A stretch of DNA of 64,000 nt from Fidelibacterota bacterium (GTDB lineage Bacteria; Fidelibacterota; Marinisomatia; SCGC-AAA003-L08; JACNLC01), in assembly GCA_013204025.1 (NCBI GenBank), contig JABMOW010000126.1:4399-68398 (forward strand), given 5' to 3'. Below are positions 29,059 to 38,639 of the stretch, piece after piece. The stretch's first letter is position 1. Every line of letters starts with the position of its first letter. The notes beneath the pieces were generated by a model. It ran no database searches, was not told the DNA's origin, and was given only the letters and a program-made list of their open reading frames with translations. Position numbers and translations under genes: made by a program.

Positions 29059-30165
29059 CTACCGGTACCCTCTTCCCACAATCGCATGCCCACCTCCGCA
29101 GCAATACCCAACAACTACAGCAAAATTGTCTTTAAAATCAGCACCTTTTGCATAAATATTACCATCTCCGTAATAATTAAGTATTGTAAAATCACTGTAC
29201 CATCCCACACCATTATAATGCAGAAATGCAAACCATAAGCCAACCAGCAAAATGTCATTTTCGCTGTTTGACAAGCTTTCTGTAAAACTGAAATAAGAAA
29301 AATAATCCAAATCACTGTATTGTAATGAAAAAACTTTTGTGTGATAATTATATTTTACCAAACCGGCTCTTGTAGCAAAATTTGCAGTATCAGAGATTAA
29401 GTCAACTGTCTGAATTTTTCCATAGTTACCGTTTTGTGGAACGAAGTTATTTGAACTAGATATTATATTCCAATTACTATGATCTAGCTCTAGGGCTACA
29501 CTTTCACCTGAATAATCCCACCCCACCGTAAACACATGCTCCCCGTCCTGTGTTCCGTTAACATCCTTTAATTTCACATTGGTTCCACTTTCCATTTGTA
29601 CGAAATCCGTTCCGTCATAATGAACAATGGCACCTTGTAATCCCACAAAATACATGTCGGAAGATGAGGTGCCCCAAAGGTGATTTACACTGACATGAAT
29701 ACCCATATTTTGTAAATGATACAGAGTCCACTCATTTCCATCCCAATGAATTGGAGAACTAGTATCTGTCACCCAAATATCATTTTCGGAAAAAGAAAAA
29801 ATACTATACAAATTAAGAGTATTACTCATAATGCCAATTAATTCCCATTCGCTTCCATCCCAGTGTGCAGCGTTGTATTCTCCCTCATCCGTCTCGATAT
29901 TTCCTACCACCCAGATATTGTTCTCATCAACGATTGCCACATCATTCAGGTAACTACCATAGATACCCAACGTGTCAATCTCCCAAACAAAATCATGACT
30001 TGTAGTATCCATGCAACAGATTGTATTATCATAATCACATTGGTGATACCCAACGTTGCAGTCTGCTGGTTGAGGTGTTGTTGAGGTTTTGCAGGTTGAG
30101 GAGCCTATTAACATCACAATGATGCTTAAATAAAAAACAACTCGGTTTTTATATTCTTCTACCAT
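29059..30165 (-). CDS. Secreted/lipoprotein beta-propeller-like hypothetical protein
   Basis: 368-aa ORF with a hydrophobic N-terminus ending GSSTC. It contains five or more repeats of the type IWVVG...HWDGSEW and FVGLQGAIVHYDG, reminiscent of Ycf48/BNR-like propellers. Confidence 0.6.
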   Translation of the reverse strand: MVEEYKNRVVFYLSIIVMLIGSSTCKTSTTPQPADCNVGYHQCDYDNTICCMDTTSHDFVWEIDTLGIYGSYLNDVAIVDENNIWVVGNIETDEGEYNAAHWDGSEWELIGIMSNTLNLYSIFSFSENDIWVTDTSSPIHWDGNEWTLYHLQNMGIHVSVNHLWGTSSSDMYFVGLQGAIVHYDGTDFVQMESGTNVKLKDVNGTQDGEHVFTVGWDYSGESVALELDHSNWNIISSSNNFVPQNGNYGKIQTVDLISDTANFATRAGLVKYNYHTKVFSLQYSDLDYFSYFSFTESLSNSENDILLVGLWFAFLHYNGVGWYSDFTILNYYGDGNIYAKGADFKDNFAVVVGYCCGGGHAIVGRGYR

Positions 30166-30662
30166 TTTAATATAACAACAAATGGTGTGATTTTATAATT
30201 TGTGTAATCATAGTTAGTACAAAATTAAGGTTATTTATTTTCATATGCAATAATATTATTCCTTTAGCGAAATAATATTTGTTGATCTTTCGAAATAGAC
30301 TTGTAACAGGTACCTAGTGAATAGAAGATAGTGGTTCATTTTGTGAACATATAAATTGCCACGTAGAGAATAGAAATTTTTAATAAAAACTTTTAATAAA
30401 TTCCCAAAAAATATCTCATTAGCCGTTTTTACCCATGAAATTAACTAACAAAAAAAGAAATGATTTTGTAATATCACCCACGAGAGACAAATCTTGGAGA
30501 CACTCCCGGTGTTCAATAGTAAATTAAAAAATTGCAGAAGGAATAGAAAAGTGATAGAAGTAGAAGAATGGGTATAGAATTGGGAAAATTACTCAGAAAC
30601 CCAATACCGTCATCTGTGACCCTGTGAATACAAACCTTCGAAACATAACAGATAAAACCAAG

Positions 30663-30686
30663 CCTGATAATAGTACATTTATCAGG
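30663..30686 (-). terminator. Possible terminator hairpin after the CBS-domain gene
   Basis: An 8-bp stem (CCTGATAA / TTATCAGG) encloses an 8-nt loop. The minus-strand tail is CTTGGTTTT. The stem is AT-rich, so this call is weak. Confidence 0.35.
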
Positions 30687-30717
30687 GATATTCCGTTTTT
30701 TTACACCGCCTTCGGGG

Positions 30718-31200
30718 TCATGATGATTTATCTCCAAGAGATGCTTTCATTTGAGGAGATAGATATTTGGAAGGATATTTTTCAATCTTCGCAGATTTCG
30801 CAGCATCCTGAATTGCTCGAAGAACATCTCTTCGACTGATCTGTCCAACCAGACGATTTTTTTTATCCACGATGGGAATTCTTCGGAATTTATGATGTAA
30901 GAACGTGTCGGCAGCTTGGAAGATATCATCATCCACATGTAATGTTTGTATATTTTTACTCATGTAGTCATTAACCACACCACCAGGCAGTTCATGGAAT
31001 GAACCATTTGCCATAATTCGAAGACAATCTCGTTCCGACAATACTCCAATAAGATGTCCTGATTCATCCACAACCGGAGCACCAGAGATTTTGTTTTTTA
31101 GCAATAGATCAATTGATTCGTAAACATCCATATTGCTGTTGAGTTTGACCAATGATGTGATCATGTAATTTTTAATTTTCGGTACTTGTAATTTTTCCAT
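30718..31200 (-). CDS. CBS domain pair protein
   Basis: 160-aa ORF with two CBS motifs (ISGAPVVDESGHLIGVLSERD and FRRIPIVDKKNRLVGQISRRD). Confidence 0.88.
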   Translation of the reverse strand: MEKLQVPKIKNYMITSLVKLNSNMDVYESIDLLLKNKISGAPVVDESGHLIGVLSERDCLRIMANGSFHELPGGVVNDYMSKNIQTLHVDDDIFQAADTFLHHKFRRIPIVDKKNRLVGQISRRDVLRAIQDAAKSAKIEKYPSKYLSPQMKASLGDKSS

Positions 31201-31337
31201 TTTTCTCTCGTTCCTATAAAAAATAAATATCCTTTAAAATAATAGCGGTTATTACCTGAAAGTAGTTTAATGAAAATATTTCAATGATTAAAAGACAATT
31301 CTATTCCGATCCACATTCATCGAATTTTATAAGTATT

Positions 31338-33620
31338 TCAGTCGGATCCATTTTTCAACATCATCGAATATGTAAATGAACTACCATTTGATATGACAGT
31401 AACTGCTCCAGTTTGATCTGTACGAAATATCTGTGTCCCTTGGTTTTCCCACCGATCGATTATTTCTTGAGAAGGATGTCGAAACTTATTGTTCTTCCCA
31501 ACTGAAATTATTCCGATTTTAGCATCTACCTGATTACAAAATAGATCAGTTGAACTGGTAGTGGATCCATGATGCCCAATTTTGATGATATCCATTTGAT
31601 TTATCGTTGGAATTTTAGTCACCCACGTTTCACCTTCACTTTCCATATCCCCTACAAATAGTATGGAATTTTCTTCGTGATCTATTCGAAGAACAATTGA
31701 AGCATTATTAACATTCCGCGCTGATTTACCGATCCGTTCTGTGGGATAGAGACATGTGAGCGTTAATTTCCCTAATTGATAAATCTCCCCGGGATTGACA
31801 TATTCAATTGGAATTTGTTTGCTCTTACACAGATCAAGATTACTCGTATTTAATTGTGATTTATAATCTGTAAATGTACTCCATATCGCGTTTACCGGGA
31901 CAGATTCTAGTATAGCAGAAATACCCCCAATATGATCGGAATGTGGATGGCTCATGATTAACAGATCAATATTCTTGATACCTTCATACGCCAAAAAAGG
32001 AAGAATAATCTGCTGCCCCATATCCCTACCAAATCCACCATATCCTGCATCAATCAGAATCGTAATTTGGTCATCTTGTATAATGCACGAGTCACCCTGC
32101 CCCACATCCAAAAAGGTAATTTTTACATCATCGCCGGTGAATAATGTGGACCAAATCTGAAAATTCCAGAAAAGGAGAGTTGCCATTGCAGCAATACCGA
32201 TACTTTTTCTCTCAATAGACCATACCCACAAAACCAGTACGACGAAAATAACGATAACTGTAAGAATACTTAAACCACCCAACGGTAATTTTCTAAAAGG
32301 GAGAAGGAATATTATTTCGCTAAACATATTTAACAGCCAAAGGATGCTCCATGCAGCATGTCCAAAGATGGAAGCCAAACCTGAATAGAGAAACGATGAT
32401 AGAATTGTGAGTATCCCGCTAATCACTGCTACACCAGCCAGAAATACGATGAAAAGATTCGATAAAAATCCCCAAACAGGGAAAAACCTAAAATAAACAG
32501 CCACAGGAATAAAAGTACCAATTTGCGCTCCGATTGTGACCATGGTGAGATTTGTCACACCTCGCACTACTTTATTTTTCCTGATCTCTTTCCATTTCGG
32601 AAAATGGCTGTCAAGTTGCTGCAATCGTGGATAAGTAAATAATATCCCCCATACAGCTCCGAATGATAGCACAAATCCAGGAGAGAAAAGTTGGAGGGGA
32701 TCCACAGCCAATATTATTACCGCCGCAGCAGCAATAATATTCCATGTGGAAATGTTTTTTTCTCTCATCTTTCCCCATGAATACATGATTGCCATGAGAC
32801 TTGCCCTCAGCACACTGGTGGTAAAACCGGTAAGTGCTGCGTAGAATACCAGTCCAGCAAAAATGATCCAGAACTGGCCTTTCCCCCGGATATTCAATCC
32901 AGATGCAAGAAAGGAAAGCATCATAAAAATGTATCCCACGTGTAGTCCTGAAACCGCAAGGATGTGGATCACACCAATTTCCTGAAATCTGTCTTTCAAT
33001 TCTTCGTCGATCCCAGAACGATCGCCTAAAATAAGTCCGGTCATTATCCCGGAAAACGGTGCATCCACAAATGTGTTAATGATCTTTCTCACACTATTCT
33101 GGATTTCAAAAAATTGTCGATTGATTGACCATTCACCTTCTACAATTTGTTCGATTTTTCCTTTAGTGAGGATGTAGGATATCCCTTTTTGCTTCAGATA
33201 TTTCCCATAATCGAATTGACCTGGATTTCTCGGTGGATCTGGAATTACGAGATTTCCATTCACATGTAATGTATCTCCAGGTAAGACCTTACTGTTATCA
33301 CGATCAGTATAAATAAAAGAAAAGGGATAATCTCCAACGGTGGAAACTTTAAGACGATTGCCCGTTTTAGAAGCCTTCACCCAATCTACAACTCCGGTAA
33401 ATGATCCTTTAGGATTCGTAATATCTATTGATGGAATTTGGACAGCTGTCCATCTGAACATCATCATACAGATGATGATCAAAGGAAGTACAATGTGATC
33501 TAATCGAGTCAACAACAGTAGAAGGAGTACAGATAACATTATCAACGTCATCAATTCTGTGACGTGAAAAGTTTGTGCGAATAGAATACCCACTACCTGT
33601 AAAATCAGATATTTAACCAA
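31338..33620 (-). CDS. comEC: DNA internalization-related competence protein ComEC/Rec2
   Basis: 760-aa ORF. It has a polytopic competence domain (ILAVSGLHVG) and a C-terminal metallo-beta-lactamase domain (MSHPHSDHIGG, KIGHHGS). Confidence 0.9.
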   Translation of the reverse strand: MVKYLILQVVGILFAQTFHVTELMTLIMLSVLLLLLLTRLDHIVLPLIIICMMMFRWTAVQIPSIDITNPKGSFTGVVDWVKASKTGNRLKVSTVGDYPFSFIYTDRDNSKVLPGDTLHVNGNLVIPDPPRNPGQFDYGKYLKQKGISYILTKGKIEQIVEGEWSINRQFFEIQNSVRKIINTFVDAPFSGIMTGLILGDRSGIDEELKDRFQEIGVIHILAVSGLHVGYIFMMLSFLASGLNIRGKGQFWIIFAGLVFYAALTGFTTSVLRASLMAIMYSWGKMREKNISTWNIIAAAAVIILAVDPLQLFSPGFVLSFGAVWGILFTYPRLQQLDSHFPKWKEIRKNKVVRGVTNLTMVTIGAQIGTFIPVAVYFRFFPVWGFLSNLFIVFLAGVAVISGILTILSSFLYSGLASIFGHAAWSILWLLNMFSEIIFLLPFRKLPLGGLSILTVIVIFVVLVLWVWSIERKSIGIAAMATLLFWNFQIWSTLFTGDDVKITFLDVGQGDSCIIQDDQITILIDAGYGGFGRDMGQQIILPFLAYEGIKNIDLLIMSHPHSDHIGGISAILESVPVNAIWSTFTDYKSQLNTSNLDLCKSKQIPIEYVNPGEIYQLGKLTLTCLYPTERIGKSARNVNNASIVLRIDHEENSILFVGDMESEGETWVTKIPTINQMDIIKIGHHGSTTSSTDLFCNQVDAKIGIISVGKNNKFRHPSQEIIDRWENQGTQIFRTDQTGAVTVISNGSSFTYSMMLKNGSD

Positions 33621-33866
33621 GGGTGACTCTTTGTTAAACCCGAATAATGCTTTGACAAAATGTGAAATAATAATCGCTATGCCTTGAATTTATATTGAAT
33701 TTACACAACTATCCACTTATCGAAATATTATAATTTTGTATAGGAATATTTACTTCTGCTTATAATTACAATAAAAACAAATCTATTTGCTGTAAGAATC
33801 CATCGCTGATAAATTTGAATCGAATTTTTCATTTCTTTACATCAATTAAAAATAAAAGGAGACGCT

Positions 33867-34991
33867 ATGTCTCGTTCTTTTCTAACATTAATATTATTCG
33901 TTAGCTTGATAATTTCTCAGGATCATGCTAGTTTTTATAACGGAGAATTATCTTTTTCTTATAGTGGTGCTATGAACGGTACTTTTTATGCCAATCTGGA
34001 TAATCCCGATTCATTATCCATCGCATCCAGTGGAGCATTTTGTATTATCAATTCTGATTCAGTATCCAACAGGATCATCATCCCCGCATTTCAACCATCA
34101 CCGAATTTGTCAAGCGCCATAGACCTTTTTATTCTGTATATGACCAGTGATGGAACGGAGATCGATCCTCAACAATGGGATGTGGTCACACCGGACCCCA
34201 CGAATCTTGAAAATACTTCCGCAACGATGTTATTTATCCCTGAAGTGGACTCCTCACAGGTCATGGGCATCATTGCACCACTCCTGAATGGTGAAGTAGA
34301 TTCAACCAATTTTTCTGATTTCCTTTTGGAAACCATTGCTGCTTTGATAACCGATTCCTTCCTCCCACTATCCGGTGAAATCGTTCTGGATGCAATTGAT
34401 GAATCGGATATGTCAGGCGGATTTTCCGGCACTCTCTTTCAGACTGGGTTCCCCCCTCCCATCGTATTTATAACAAACGGGAGTTTTACGCTTACTGCAC
34501 CTGCCGGGCAATTGCAGCCATCACCCCCTGTAGATTTTACCATACAATTAGTCGAAAGTGACGCCTATCTTCAATGGAATTTTGCTGGCGTAGATTCATT
34601 GCTAAACTTCACAACTGTTCATAAATTGGCATATCTCGATAGCGGAATGATCACCATCAACATTGAAGTCCCATTTCCTGAAACAGAGTTCTTCGATACG
34701 GACATCGAGCCGATGATTGATTATGAATATTTTTTAACCGTTACCAATATTTTAGGAATGTCTAGTGAACCTACAGAAACGATTTCGTTTTATTTTGAGA
34801 CGAACCTTTTAGGTGATTTGAACATGGATGGTGATATCAATGTACTGGATATCGTAACGATGGTGAATTTTGTTCTGGGAGCGGATACGCCTACAGATTA
34901 TGAAATGTGGGCTGGTGATCTAAATTCAGATGGAAACCTGGATGTTTTAGACATTGTCACCATTGTGAATATTATTTTGGAAGATAGCTAA
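33867..34991 (+). CDS. Secreted protein with an Fn3-like region and a C-terminal dockerin-like module
   Basis: 374-aa ORF with a signal peptide. The last 59 aa (nt 34812-34988) are GDLNMDGDINVLDIVTMVNFVLG and GDLNSDGNLDVLDIVTIVNIILEDS. An AAGGAG RBS lies upstream. Confidence 0.8.
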   Translation: MSRSFLTLILFVSLIISQDHASFYNGELSFSYSGAMNGTFYANLDNPDSLSIASSGAFCIINSDSVSNRIIIPAFQPSPNLSSAIDLFILYMTSDGTEIDPQQWDVVTPDPTNLENTSATMLFIPEVDSSQVMGIIAPLLNGEVDSTNFSDFLLETIAALITDSFLPLSGEIVLDAIDESDMSGGFSGTLFQTGFPPPIVFITNGSFTLTAPAGQLQPSPPVDFTIQLVESDAYLQWNFAGVDSLLNFTTVHKLAYLDSGMITINIEVPFPETEFFDTDIEPMIDYEYFLTVTNILGMSSEPTETISFYFETNLLGDLNMDGDINVLDIVTMVNFVLGADTPTDYEMWAGDLNSDGNLDVLDIVTIVNIILEDS

Positions 34992-35025
34992 TATTATAGA
35001 TTCGGGTTCACCCGGAAAATAATCC

Positions 35026-36636
35026 TCATTCCCTGAACCCGTTGACGATGGGATATCGCCGACCGATCCCAAAAGCTTTCGACGATACGCGGAGACTCGG
35101 TGCAGCCTGTCGACGTTTATATTCATTCACTCGAATCATTCCTAAAAGTTCTCGCACCAGCTTTTCATCATATCCTTTACGGACAAGATAATTTAAATGC
35201 CGATTATCGCTGATAATTTCATCTACCAAGGGGCTCACAGTATCATAATCAAAAGGGTCTACCTGCTCGGGTTTCAATTCTGCAGAAGGCGCTTTGGTTA
35301 ATGTCCTATGAGGGATCATCTCCTTCCCCCGGCTTGAATTCACCCATCGGCTGATCTCATAAACCTGTATTTTATTCAGATCGCTGATGACTCCCAGAGC
35401 GCCGCACATGTCTCCATACAGGGTGCAATACCCTAAAGCGATTTCTGTTTTATTCCCGGTATTGAGAACAAGTCCATGGATTTTGTTTGCCAATGACATC
35501 AGGATATTTCCTCGAATTCTGGCCTGAAGATTTTCTTCCGCCAGGCCGGATTCCGTATTTTTGAACAATGGATCAACGGTTATTAAGAATTGCTCGTTAA
35601 TATCTGTAATGGGCATCAGATGAAAGGCGATCCCCAAATTCTCTGCCAATCGACGGGCATCTGTTATGCTGTGTTCCGATGAAAATGGAGATGGCATGGA
35701 TATCCCAATGACATTGTCTGCACCTAATGCATTCACAGCTACGGCACAGGTTAATGCTGAATCGATTCCACCACTCAACCCTAAAATGGCAGTTTTAAAA
35801 CCGGTTTTAATGAAATAATCTTTTACTCCCAGAGTCAGTGCACTAAAAATCTCTTCTTCACGCGGTATGACTTCAGTCGATGTGGATGGCTTGGATAATT
35901 TTGTATCAACCAACAGTTGGTCTGTCTCAAATGGTTTTGCTTTATCCATTAATACACCATCCGGATTGACCGCAAATGAACCACCATCGAATATCAATTC
36001 ATCCTGTGCACCCACCAGATTACAGTAGAAGAACCATCTTCTTCCCTCAAAGACTTTTTCGCGAACGAGTTTGAGTCGTTCTTCATTTTTCCCCACGCAG
36101 TAGGGTGATGCGGAGATATTGATGATTATATCCGATTGCTGCGAGAATAGCTCGGATGATACTTTTTGTGGATATTCCCTGTCCCAGAGGTCTTCACAGA
36201 TTTCAACACCTATTTTCACAGGCTCACCAGCAATGGTTAGCTGAAAGGTCTCAACAACGTCTGCCGGAGTAAAATATCGATCTTCATCAAACACATCATA
36301 TGTGGGAAGTAACGTTTTATCCCGATACCCAAGCAGTTTTCCGTTTTGAATGACTGCAGCGGTGTTGAACAGAATTTTTCCTGACCGTCGGACCGTTCCC
36401 AAAATCACAACTGCAGAGGATACAGTTTTGATAATTTGGCAAAGTATACTTTCCGTTTGCTGAATAAAATGAGATTCAAGCAGTAAATCGCCTGGTGGAT
36501 AACCAGTCAATGCAAGCTCTGGAAAAACGATGATATCTGCATCAAGTGATCGTTGTTTGATAACAGAAATGATCAAATCACGATTATATTCTAATGCCCC
36601 CACCGTGGAATTAATTTGCGCTAATAGAATTTTCAA
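35026..36636 (-). CDS. nadE: NAD+ synthase (glutamine-hydrolysing)
   Basis: 536-aa ORF. An N-terminal CN-hydrolase domain (FPELALTGY, EICEDLW) is followed by an NAD synthetase domain with the SGGxDS PP-loop (LGLSGGIDSA). Confidence 0.93.
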   Translation of the reverse strand: MKILLAQINSTVGALEYNRDLIISVIKQRSLDADIIVFPELALTGYPPGDLLLESHFIQQTESILCQIIKTVSSAVVILGTVRRSGKILFNTAAVIQNGKLLGYRDKTLLPTYDVFDEDRYFTPADVVETFQLTIAGEPVKIGVEICEDLWDREYPQKVSSELFSQQSDIIINISASPYCVGKNEERLKLVREKVFEGRRWFFYCNLVGAQDELIFDGGSFAVNPDGVLMDKAKPFETDQLLVDTKLSKPSTSTEVIPREEEIFSALTLGVKDYFIKTGFKTAILGLSGGIDSALTCAVAVNALGADNVIGISMPSPFSSEHSITDARRLAENLGIAFHLMPITDINEQFLITVDPLFKNTESGLAEENLQARIRGNILMSLANKIHGLVLNTGNKTEIALGYCTLYGDMCGALGVISDLNKIQVYEISRWVNSSRGKEMIPHRTLTKAPSAELKPEQVDPFDYDTVSPLVDEIISDNRHLNYLVRKGYDEKLVRELLGMIRVNEYKRRQAAPSLRVSSKAFGIGRRYPIVNGFRE

Positions 36637-36712
36637 ATCATATCCTTAGTATGCAACACGACGCTTTTTGTCATTAACCTTTGAATTGTATAAACATGCT
36701 TCCAGCTCACAG

Positions 36713-36753
36713 CCACTGCTGCTTCTACTGCTGCCACTGCTACTGCTTCCTTC
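36713..36753. repeat. Imperfect trinucleotide (CTG/CTN) repeat tract in the asnS-nadE spacer
   Basis: The sequence is cca ctg ctg ctt cta ctg ctg cca ctg cta ctg ctt cct tc, with period 3 and strong strand asymmetry. It directly abuts the asnS stop codon (36754-36756). Confidence 0.7.
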
Positions 36754-38064
36754 TCAGGGTCTCAACCGTCCATACATTCTGGGAAAAGGAATCGTCTCGC
36801 GAAGGTGCGATAGTTTACAGATCCAAGTGACGGTCCTTTCGAGGCCCATCCCAAAACCTGCATGAGGGACTGAACCATACTTTCTCAGGTCAAGATACCA
36901 TTGAAAATCATCGAGGGATAAACCATCCGCGTTAATCCGTTTGAGAAGGGTATCGTGATCAGCTTCACGCTCGGAGCCACCAATAATTTCACCATATCCT
37001 TCTGGAGCAAGAACATCCATCCCCATGACTAAGTCTTCATTTTCAGGGTCGCGCTTCATGTAGAAAGCTTTGATGGCTGATGGAAACCGATGAACAAACA
37101 CGGGACGGTCAAACTTTTCAGAAATGTACGTTTCCTCAGGAGATCCGAAATCCCCGCCCCATTGAAAATCAAATCCACCTTCCTTGAGCATATCTACGCA
37201 TTCGGTGTAAGAGATTCGTGGGAACGGTGCTTTTACTTTTTCCAGCATGGATGTATCCCGTTCGAGAATTTCAAGTTCGAACTTTCTGTTCTCCAATACT
37301 CGCTGCACAATGAACTCCAACATTTTCTCGGCCCACACCATATCTTCATCCAGATCGCAGTAAGCTATCTCTGGCTCAACCATCCAGAATTCAAGCAGAT
37401 GACGGCGGGTTTTGCTCTTCTCTGCCCTAAAGGTAGGACCAAAATTATATTGTCGCCCAAAGGCAAAAGCATTGGCTTCTCCATACAATTGCCCCGATTG
37501 TGCCAGAAATGCTCGTTGCCCGAAGTATTCTGTTTCAAATAAGGTGGTAGTCCCTTCACAAACGTTGGGGGTCAGAATGGGCGTATCCACTAGTGTGAAA
37601 TCGTTAGAATCAAAGAAGTCTCTGGTGGCTTTGATGATCTCATGACGAATCTTCAAAATAGCATGCTGACGCTTTGAACGCAACCAGAGATGCCGGTTGT
37701 TCATTAAAAATTCGGTGCCATGCTCCTTGGGTGTGATGGGATATTCCTCGCTCACCTGATGGATAGTCAATGTATTAACTTGAATTTCAAATCCTCCTGG
37801 CGCTCGTTCGTTTTCTACGACAGTTCCAGAGACTGACAAGGACGATTCCTGAGTAAGGCTTTTAAAGCTTTCAAACTGATCTTCTCCAACGTCATTTTTT
37901 ACGATGATACATTGGATGGTTCCTGTTCCGTCCCGAAGCAGTAAAAATCCGATTTTTCCACTCCGTCTTGAATTGTACACCCATCCGTTCAGGGTAACCG
38001 ATTGGTTTGCATGTTCCTGAATCCGACAGATCAGGGTTGTGTTCAAATGTTCCTTTTCTACCAA
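36754..38064 (-). CDS. asnS: Asparagine--tRNA ligase
   Basis: 436-aa class IIb aaRS. It has an N-terminal OB anticodon-binding domain, motif 2/3 blocks ([29 protein letters not shown]) and the AsnRS-type C-terminus ...IPFPR. Confidence 0.92.
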   Translation of the reverse strand: MVEKEHLNTTLICRIQEHANQSVTLNGWVYNSRRSGKIGFLLLRDGTGTIQCIIVKNDVGEDQFESFKSLTQESSLSVSGTVVENERAPGGFEIQVNTLTIHQVSEEYPITPKEHGTEFLMNNRHLWLRSKRQHAILKIRHEIIKATRDFFDSNDFTLVDTPILTPNVCEGTTTLFETEYFGQRAFLAQSGQLYGEANAFAFGRQYNFGPTFRAEKSKTRRHLLEFWMVEPEIAYCDLDEDMVWAEKMLEFIVQRVLENRKFELEILERDTSMLEKVKAPFPRISYTECVDMLKEGGFDFQWGGDFGSPEETYISEKFDRPVFVHRFPSAIKAFYMKRDPENEDLVMGMDVLAPEGYGEIIGGSEREADHDTLLKRINADGLSLDDFQWYLDLRKYGSVPHAGFGMGLERTVTWICKLSHLRETIPFPRMYGRLRP

Positions 38065-38639
38065 GTTGAAGTAACCTCCGTAATTATTCGTTCAGATAAT
38101 TTTCGCAATGCGAATTCAATAGCGCTTTCCCGTGGGGAACCGTATTCGTCATCATCCTCCGCATCCAGAAATCCATCATTATCATTATCAATGCCATCAC
38201 TGTGAATATCCAAGCCTGTACCATAGGCTCCCCAGTCAGAAATGCTTTTTTCAAACAAGGGTTCATTTCGAGTCAGATCGTACCAAACCACTTTCGCTGA
38301 AATGGTGATCCTCCACTCTTCTACTACTTCATAGTTTAAACCTGTAGGCGCAGATATGGTGTAGGGTTGATCTTTCACCGATGTGATAATCACATTCAGA
38401 CGGCTGTCAGCAATGTCTTCCCCTGTGACTTCCAGTACATTGTCCGATATCATTCTTTCGGTGAGTTTAATCTCCAAATTTTCAGACACACCAAATTCGC
38501 TTGATTCATTTACGACCGGTGTTAATGAAATACTTTTGATATGTGCGGGGATCGAACCTTTGAGAGAGTAGAATCCGCAACCGGTGACCACTAGCCCGAT
38601 AAAGGCAATGATGCTAATTTTTACGTATGCCATATTCAC
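38058..38639 (-). CDS. LptE-like LPS-assembly lipoprotein with an acidic Asp-rich C-terminal extension
   Basis: 193-aa ORF. The lipobox and N-terminus ([28 protein letters not shown]) match the Bacteroidetes-style LptE pattern. The C-terminal [24 protein letters not shown] is calcium-binding-loop-like. Confidence 0.65.
   Translation of the reverse strand: MNMAYVKISIIAFIGLVVTGCGFYSLKGSIPAHIKSISLTPVVNESSEFGVSENLEIKLTERMISDNVLEVTGEDIADSRLNVIITSVKDQPYTISAPTGLNYEVVEEWRITISAKVVWYDLTRNEPLFEKSISDWGAYGTGLDIHSDGIDNDNDGFLDAEDDDEYGSPRESAIEFALRKLSERIITEVTSTW

Noticed and set aside
30513-30839. ORFs 30513-30737 (-) and 30624-30839 (+) at the edge of the 550-bp AT-rich spacer
   Set aside because: They overlap each other and the 3' end of the CBS gene. 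They have no RBS, and their translations are low-complexity. I treat the region as non-coding promoter/terminator DNA.
36661-36756. Possible TGA read-through or recoding that extends AsnRS with a Ser/Gly-rich tail
   Set aside because: TGA clearly functions as a stop codon elsewhere in the window (for example uvrB and the SRAP gene). AsnRS already ends at its canonical ...FPRxxGRLxP C-terminus. I kept only the repeat tract as an observation.
36668-36865. Plus-strand ORF encoding a poly-Leu tract ([20 protein letters not shown])
   Set aside because: It is an artefact of the CTG-type trinucleotide tract and overlaps the asnS 3' end in antisense.
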